DNA of 32,000 nt, taken from an uncultured Opitutia bacterium (GTDB lineage: Bacteria > Verrucomicrobiota > Verrucomicrobiia > Opitutales > UBA953). The translations under genes and the position numbers were made by a program. Every line of letters begins with the position of its first letter. Within the stretch, counting starts at the first letter, position 1. Below, one piece after another: positions 26,771 to 32,000 of the stretch. The DNA is taken from assembly GCA_903840355.1 (NCBI GenBank), contig CAIMFJ010000006.1, forward strand, positions 22,995 through 54,994, written 5' to 3'. Under the pieces are notes generated by a model. The model saw nothing but the letters and a program-made list of their open reading frames with translations. It made no database searches and was not told the DNA's origin.

Positions 26771-27901
26771 ATGTCCACCTCTCCTGGCATTTTACTCATC
26801 GGGCTCGGTGGAGCAGGTTGTGCGATGGTCAGTCGTTTAGCGCCACGTTTACCTGCGGAAATTAAAATTCTATTAGTAGATACCGATACTCGTCCTCTGG
26901 CGGAAAATCCCGCCCTTGAAAGTGTCCAAATTGGTCGAGCGGTCTGTCGCGGGATGGGTTCGGGGGGTGAAATTGGTTTAGCGAAGACTTCTGCAGAAGC
27001 GGATGATGCGACCTTGCGTCGGCAATTGAATGGTTTTCCGCTCGTGGTCTTGGTGACGGGTTTGGGCGGGGGTACGGGTAGTGGTGTGGCGACTTACCTT
27101 GCCAACCTAGCTACGGAATTAGGCTCGACGGTTTTAGCCTTTGCTACCTTGCCGTTCTCGCATGAAGGCGAGCGACGCCAACGTCAGGCTAAAGAAGCAT
27201 CGGAACAACTTTTCCTCAAAACGCACGGGATGGTTTTAGTGCACAACGATTTGTTATTACAGCAATCGGGTGCCGAAGCTCCTTTAGCGACGTCCTTTAG
27301 TGCGGCGGATCGTTGGGTTGGCGGAGCCTTGCAAGGTTTGGCCAGTGCCTTTGAGCCTGGTGCCTTGGTGCCTGTAGACCCTGCGGCTTTGCGTTCCCTC
27401 TTTGCCAACCTCGCCTCGCCGACGCTGTGTGCCTTTGGTACCGACGAAGGGGAAGGCGCTGCGACGAAAGCGGCCGCTGCGGCCTGTGATTGTCCTTTGG
27501 CACACGGCCCAGGCTCGGTGATGAAAGTCGGTTCGCTCTTCGTGTATGTGGTGGGCGGGCCGTCGTTGACGTCGGGTGAGGCTTTTGAAGTTGTGGCTGC
27601 GGTGCGTAAACGCTTTGGCGGTGAAATCAGCACGCTCTTGTGTGCTCGTGTGGACCCGAATGCCGGTTCGCGCGTGGAAGTGGCCGTCTTAGGTGCTTCG
27701 CTACCTCCACAAAAGAAAGCGGCCAAGCCCCGCAAAGGGGCTGCGCCCGAAGCTGAAGCCCAACCCCTCTTTGATTTTGCGACCGAGGCTTCGATGCGCC
27801 GCGGTTTATTTGGGGGCACGCCCATGACCTTTATTGATGGGCAAGATGTCGATGTGCCGACCTACATCCGCCAAGCGGTTAAATTGATTCCCAATCCTTA
27901 A
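26771..27901 (+). CDS. ftsZ: Cell division GTPase FtsZ (divergent)
   Basis: Matches LLIGLGGAGCAMVSRL (T1), the tubulin signature GLGGGTGSG, LPFSHEGERR (T5), VHNDLLL (T6) and the C-terminal conserved peptide DVDVPTYIRQ. Last gene of the dcw cluster. Confidence 0.85.
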   Translation: MSTSPGILLIGLGGAGCAMVSRLAPRLPAEIKILLVDTDTRPLAENPALESVQIGRAVCRGMGSGGEIGLAKTSAEADDATLRRQLNGFPLVVLVTGLGGGTGSGVATYLANLATELGSTVLAFATLPFSHEGERRQRQAKEASEQLFLKTHGMVLVHNDLLLQQSGAEAPLATSFSAADRWVGGALQGLASAFEPGALVPVDPAALRSLFANLASPTLCAFGTDEGEGAATKAAAAACDCPLAHGPGSVMKVGSLFVYVVGGPSLTSGEAFEVVAAVRKRFGGEISTLLCARVDPNAGSRVEVAVLGASLPPQKKAAKPRKGAAPEAEAQPLFDFATEASMRRGLFGGTPMTFIDGQDVDVPTYIRQAVKLIPNP

Positions 27902-27954
27902 GTTAAGTCGCTTCCCGGTTGCACCATGAGCACTTCCTCTTTAGGTCTGGAGCT

Positions 27955-29181
27955 ATGTCCGCGTTTGATGTTGCCGCCTTGCGTCGCGATTTCCCGATCC
28001 TTGCTCGTCAAGTGCATGGCCGCCCTCTGATTTATCTCGATAACGCGGCGACGTCGCAAAAACCCCAGGTTGTTTTGCAGGCCTTACAGCATTATTATAC
28101 GCAGCAAAATGCCAATGTTCACCGCGGGGTGCACCGTTTGAGCGAAGAAGCCACGACGGCATATGAAGAGGCCCGTCATGCGGTAGCACGATTCTTAGGA
28201 CTGAAAGAAAGTCGCGGCGTGGTGTTCGTGCGTGGAGCGACCGAGGGGATTAACCTCGTGGCGAGTTCTTGGGGTGGGGCTAATTTAAAGGCTGGTGATG
28301 AAATCGTGCTGACCACCATGGAACACCACGCGAACATTGTTCCTTGGCAGGTGGTGGCTGAACGTACTGGCGCGAAAGTAGTCGTGGTGCCGATTAACGC
28401 TCAAGGCGAAGTCGACTTGGCTGTTTTCCAAAGCAAACTCACCCCTCGTACAAAACTTGTGGCGGTGGCGCATGCTTCGAATGCCTTGGGCACGATTAAT
28501 CCTGTGGGGGAGATGATTCGTTTGGCTCGGTCGGTGGGCGCCAAAGTTTTAATCGATGGCTGCCAATCGGCGGCTCACTTCGCCATTGATATCCCCGCAC
28601 TTGATCCTGACTTCTACGTCTTCTCGGGGCACAAAACGTTTGGTCCCACCGGTATTGGCGTCTTATGGGGTCGTCCGGAATTATTAGACGCCATGCCGCC
28701 GTATCAATTTGGGGGCGATATGATTCGCCGCGTGGATTTTGCTGGGACGACTTACCGGGAAGCCCCCGAACGTTTCGAAGCCGGTACGCCAGATATTTCC
28801 GGGGCGATTGCGTTGGCCGTCGCGTTGGATTATTTGAAGCCCATTCTTGTTTCACCGGCCGCTCAGGCTCACGAGCAACTCTTGTTAAAGACGGCGACGG
28901 AGCGGTTAAAAGCCATCAAAGGCTTGCGCGTGATCGGGGAAGCGAAGCACAAAGTCGCGGTGTTATCCTTTGTGATGGAAGGTAGTCACCCTCACGATTT
29001 AGGCACCTTGCTGGATGCGGACGGTATTGCCATTCGCACCGGACACCATTGTTGCATGCCCTTGATGAAGTTCCTCGATTTGCCCGGCACGGCGCGGGCC
29101 TCTTTTAGTTTCTTCAACACCTTGGAAGAAGTTGATCAGCTCGCGAAATCGCTCGAACGGATTCGCAAGATGGTAGCTTAA
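27955..29181 (+). CDS. sufS: Cysteine desulfurase, SufS/CsdA group II
   Basis: The ATG at 27955 is preceded by GGAG. Matches FPIL...YLDNAATSQKP, NANVHRGVH, SGHKTFGPTGIG (PLP-binding Lys) and RTGHHCCMPL (catalytic Cys). Confidence 0.9.
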   Translation: MSAFDVAALRRDFPILARQVHGRPLIYLDNAATSQKPQVVLQALQHYYTQQNANVHRGVHRLSEEATTAYEEARHAVARFLGLKESRGVVFVRGATEGINLVASSWGGANLKAGDEIVLTTMEHHANIVPWQVVAERTGAKVVVVPINAQGEVDLAVFQSKLTPRTKLVAVAHASNALGTINPVGEMIRLARSVGAKVLIDGCQSAAHFAIDIPALDPDFYVFSGHKTFGPTGIGVLWGRPELLDAMPPYQFGGDMIRRVDFAGTTYREAPERFEAGTPDISGAIALAVALDYLKPILVSPAAQAHEQLLLKTATERLKAIKGLRVIGEAKHKVAVLSFVMEGSHPHDLGTLLDADGIAIRTGHHCCMPLMKFLDLPGTARASFSFFNTLEEVDQLAKSLERIRKMVA

Positions 29182-30314
29182 GCAGGCGGAGGGACTGCTT
29201 GGCCAGCGGTGCGACGGAGGATATCGAGGATTCCCTGGATTTCCCAGTTGCGCGAGGCTCCCACTAATCCGAGGCGCAATCGGGCCTCATGGAGGTCTTC
29301 CGGGAAATTTCCCGGCGGCCAGTTGAGCCATTTTTCCAGTTGGGAGTTTTGTGGGTGATGCGTGAGGGGTAGGAGGGCGTTGATGCAGAGCGTGTCGGTG
29401 CGTCCATCGGGAATGACTTGAGCTAGAATCTGATCGATGAGGGCTCGCCGGTGTTCGTTGAGGGCGATTTCAGCTGGGGTTTCGCTCCAAGTGCGGACGG
29501 CTTCATGCCATTGGGGACGTCGTCGCAGTAATTCGAGGTATTGCGATAGACGCCGATGCGGGTGTCCAGCGGGGCGCAGGCCGCGCAGTCGCCACCGCCC
29601 TGTTTTCTCGAGGTAAAGTTTGTCGGTACCCAGGAGAATCATTTCGGACGGCTTATAAGTTTGGGCCAGTTCGGACATCGGGGCACGGTTGCCGCCGAGC
29701 CCTAGGGCTTCGAGACACAGTTCATGGCAGGCCTGCTCCCAGCCGCGAGTGTTGATGCGCGTTTGGGCATGTTGGGCCTTGGCCTCGAAGCGCTGAATCG
29801 CGCGACGGCGTAAGCCTTGGGCAATGTTAGGTTCAAGGTGCAGGACGCGCCGGGCAACGTCGCCAGCACGCCCTCGCAAGTCGAGCAGTGCATCCTCTTC
29901 GGCTAGGTCTTCGAGGTCGCGGGGCAAGTAGGGCAGCAGGATAATCGTTTGTGGCTCTTGCTGTTGGGCGGTTTGAATGGGCTTGGCGCCTGGCAGCAGT
30001 ACTGCGTGAAGGATGACCCCATTGAAATTCGGATTACGCTGGTGGCCGTGGGCGTTCCAATCATCCCAGCGCAGGTGGATCTCGACATCCCCGCGTCGCC
30101 GTTGCCCATCGATTTTCAATTCAGCTCCCAAAAAGTCTGGCCCCCCACTTCGATTCCAATCTCCAGGGTTGAGGACTTCGATGGGCGTGCCTGTGAGGGT
30201 GAGCAGCGGGCCGCGGACTTCGTGGGCGGCCCAGAGTCTTTGAATCGCTCGTTCGCCGATGGCAAAGCGCCCGTAGGGGCCCTCGATTTCTTCCACACGC
30301 ACTAGAGGATGCAT
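29178..30314 (-). CDS. DUF2851-like conserved protein of unknown function
   Basis: From the ATG at 30314, the sequence ERAIQRLW...VLNPGDWNRSGGPDFLGAELKIDGQRRRGDVEIHLRWDDWNAHGHQRNPNFNGVILHAVL matches my memory of the DUF2851 N-terminal signature (GPDF...VE(I/L)H...SDW..HGH...NVILHVV). Family membership has not been verified by search. Confidence 0.65.
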   Translation of the reverse strand: MHPLVRVEEIEGPYGRFAIGERAIQRLWAAHEVRGPLLTLTGTPIEVLNPGDWNRSGGPDFLGAELKIDGQRRRGDVEIHLRWDDWNAHGHQRNPNFNGVILHAVLLPGAKPIQTAQQQEPQTIILLPYLPRDLEDLAEEDALLDLRGRAGDVARRVLHLEPNIAQGLRRRAIQRFEAKAQHAQTRINTRGWEQACHELCLEALGLGGNRAPMSELAQTYKPSEMILLGTDKLYLEKTGRWRLRGLRPAGHPHRRLSQYLELLRRRPQWHEAVRTWSETPAEIALNEHRRALIDQILAQVIPDGRTDTLCINALLPLTHHPQNSQLEKWLNWPPGNFPEDLHEARLRLGLVGASRNWEIQGILDILRRTAGQAVPPPA

Positions 30315-30476
30315 CCTGCGAGCAGAGAGGATGCCGAAGGTTTGCAAATGACAGATAACTCCCAAGGGGGTTATGCTGAAGTCGACCACAACTTTCTCCT
30401 AGTTTTGGTTTGGGGGTCGATGCGCGAATCGAAGACTTCGGCTTGCTTCACTTAAGCGTGCTAGGATGATGCCGTT

Positions 30477-31247
30477 ATGTTGCGTTGGATATGCTTGACG
30501 GTTTCTATGACCTTAGGGGCCGCGGACCCGGTTTGTCCTCTGTCAGGTTATCATTATTTTTGGGGAGATGAGTTTAATGGCACTAAACTCGACACCACTT
30601 TATGGACCTATCGCACGGGCCCGCGGCTTTGGAGTCTGCAGCGTGAAGCTAATGTCACTGTCGCGGACGGTCATTTATTGCTGAAGGGGCAAAAGGAAGT
30701 CGCGGGTGATTTAAATTATACTGCGGGTGGGATTATTAGCCGAAAACTTTTTCGATATGGTTATTATGAAGCCAGTTTTAAAGTCCCGAGCGGAGCTGGG
30801 TGGCATACTTCATTTTGGGTTTTGCGCCATGAGGGAGGCGATGTCGGTCCGCGGTTGGAGATTGATATCTGTGAGAATGATTCCGTGAAGCCGATGGATT
30901 ATGGCATCAACCATCACCAGTGGGTCCCGTCACCTCATGTCCAGATGGGCGGTAAGCATATCAAGACGCCGGACCTCTCGGCGGCGTTTCATGTTTGGGG
31001 TTGTGAATTTACGCCTACGACGTTGCGTTATTATTTTGATCACCAGCTTGTGCATACCTTTGACGCCACCAAGGCCCAGCATGGCGATGGCAATATTTGG
31101 CTTACGATGATTGCGGCAGGTTTAGGTGGCACGAAAGCGGTCGACGATCAGAAGCTCCCGGCGTATGCCGAATACGATTACGTCCGCTTTTTTGCCCCGG
31201 AACCTTCGCCAGCGGAGACGAAGCCAGTACCCGATTTAAAGCGCTAG
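30477..31247 (+). CDS. Secreted glycoside hydrolase family 16 protein (beta-glucanase/laminarinase-like)
   Basis: Has a signal peptide (MLRWICLTVSMTLGAA), WGDEFNG...LDTTLW, and the GH16 catalytic ExDxxE motif (LEIDICEND). The size fits the beta-jelly-roll fold. Confidence 0.8.
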   Translation: MLRWICLTVSMTLGAADPVCPLSGYHYFWGDEFNGTKLDTTLWTYRTGPRLWSLQREANVTVADGHLLLKGQKEVAGDLNYTAGGIISRKLFRYGYYEASFKVPSGAGWHTSFWVLRHEGGDVGPRLEIDICENDSVKPMDYGINHHQWVPSPHVQMGGKHIKTPDLSAAFHVWGCEFTPTTLRYYFDHQLVHTFDATKAQHGDGNIWLTMIAAGLGGTKAVDDQKLPAYAEYDYVRFFAPEPSPAETKPVPDLKR

Positions 31248-31326
31248 AAGGGTGGTTTTAGGAGCTTCTAAGGCCCTGTCCGAATCCGCTTGAGGATAAG
31301 CACCACTTAACTTTGGATACTAGCAC

Positions 31327-31414
31327 GGAGAGGTGGCAGAGTGGTCGATTGCACCTGACTTGAAATCAGGCGAGCCGCAAGGCTCCGGGGGTTCGAATCC
31401 CTTCCTCTCCGCCA
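31327..31414 (+). tRNA. tRNA-Ser (anticodon UGA), CCA encoded
   Basis: Acceptor stem GGAGAGG/CCTCTCC. Anticodon stem CCTGA/TCAGG with loop CTTGAAA (anticodon TGA at 31361-31363). Long variable arm GAGCC-GCAA-GGCTC. T-loop TTCGAAT. Discriminator G plus CCA. A T-run follows at 31415-31419. Confidence 0.87.
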
Positions 31415-31949
31415 TTTTTATGGATTTTACTACCACAACGCCACTCTGCACGGGGTGGCGCAGTTTGCAATGTCTTTGCGCCAAGTGAACCAAAGTGCTC
31501 CAACTTGAATCCAGAAAATCGTTCAGGTTCGAAGTCGATAGGGAGGGACTCATTCATGGTTAACCAGCATCCCCTTCTTTGCGTCTAGTTCTGCGCCTCT
31601 TGCTTACGCAAGGGCGAGAGATAGCCACCTCCCCCGTGTAAGGAATCTCTTTGGAGTCTTGTTCTTCCGCTGGGTCTTTAGACACGGCGACGAGCGCCGA
31701 TTAGTTTAACTCAAACGGAAATCAGGTCTTACCTTTCAATCAGTCGGATTCCGTATGGGCACAACTAGCCTTAAGCGGAACGGCGAAGTTCACTGCGTTA
31801 CCGAACCTTTCAACCTCGCTTCCAGAGTCATTCGAAGCCTCACATTTATCGAGTATCTTAGAGTGATCGGGTCACGCTAAATGGGGCCAGTTGAAATGTT
31901 ACTCGGGGGGTTGCCCAACCACCAAACCACCCCCATAAACACCACGACA

Positions 31950-32000
31950 ATGAGCAAGAAACGGCACACGAAGGAGGCCCAGATCAAGGCCATCCGCGAG
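31950..32000 (+). mobile_element. Possible 5' end of an IS3-family-like transposase OrfA (HTH protein), truncated by the window edge
   Basis: The ATG at 31950 opens MSKKRHTKEAQIKAIRE, which runs off the window. The KR-(H/F)T-x-E-x-QI-x-x-(I/L)-(R/K)-E pattern resembles N-termini of IS3/IS407-group OrfA proteins. Only 17 codons are visible. Confidence 0.3.

Noticed and set aside
27184-27825. 213-aa ORF on the minus strand inside ftsZ (plus the smaller 27284-27505 and 27297-27503 ORFs)
   Set aside because: It is fully antisense to a well-supported ftsZ frame. The composition is Ala/Pro/Ser/Lys-rich and low in complexity, as expected for shadow ORFs in GC-rich coding DNA, and there are no recognisable motifs.
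31245-31270. Hairpin TAGAAG-N14-CTTCTA after the GH16 stop as a terminator
   Set aside because: The stem is AT-rich and 6 bp, the loop is large, and no T-run follows. That is too weak to call.
31320-31557. Two minus-strand ORFs (77 and 63 aa) overlapping the tRNA-Ser gene
   Set aside because: They read straight through a canonical tRNA cloverleaf, so they are almost certainly spurious.
31731-31813. The 9-mer ACCTTTCAA occurring twice about 75 bp apart in the ORF-free region
   Set aside because: A single 9-mer recurrence within roughly 500 bp is about what chance predicts, so it is not evidence of a repeat element.
1-32000. Search for defence systems, toxin-antitoxin pairs, prophage genes, secretion systems or biosynthetic clusters
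   Set aside because: Every substantial ORF is accounted for by housekeeping, envelope or division functions, or by single unknown-function genes. No multi-gene accessory module could be supported from the sequence.

Overview
About 60% of this window (9.5-27.9 kb, + strand) is one complete, colinear division/cell-wall (dcw) cluster: mraZ-rsmH-ftsL-ftsI-murE-murF-mraY-murD-(LysM protein)-ftsW-murG-murC::murB fusion-ddl-ftsQ-ftsA-ftsZ. Most of its gene junctions overlap. The left flank holds tmk (cut by the window edge), holB, an HtrA-family protease with four PDZ domains, a secreted catalytically dead HtrA-like paralog, and an ECF sigma / anti-sigma / periplasmic repeat-protein trio. A minus-strand block follows: a lipoprotein gene, then aroC, a degenerate P-loop protein and an LpxL-like acyltransferase. 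The right flank holds sufS, a DUF2851-like gene, a secreted GH16 glycoside hydrolase, tRNA-Ser(UGA), about 0.5 kb without ORFs, and the first 17 codons of a possible IS3-like transposase at the window edge. The fused murC-murB, the divergent FtsZ and the gene content suggest a Verrucomicrobiota/PVC-type genome; this is inference, with no search run. I found no CRISPR array, prophage or recognisable defence or toxin system, and I cannot support a claim of a novel multi-gene system. This is mostly core housekeeping DNA. The observations most worth a second look are: (1) a 10-bp-phased AGTGGG repeat array just upstream of mraZ, a likely MraZ operator; (2) the four-PDZ HtrA, its dead paralog and the adjacent ECF module; (3) an FtsZ whose T7 synergy loop reads PVDPAA instead of NxDxxD; (4) the MurC-MurB fusion with Cys at the MurB catalytic Ser position; (5) a degenerate COG0523-like P-loop protein translationally coupled to aroC; (6) the ORF-free stretch between the tRNA and the transposase start at the right edge.
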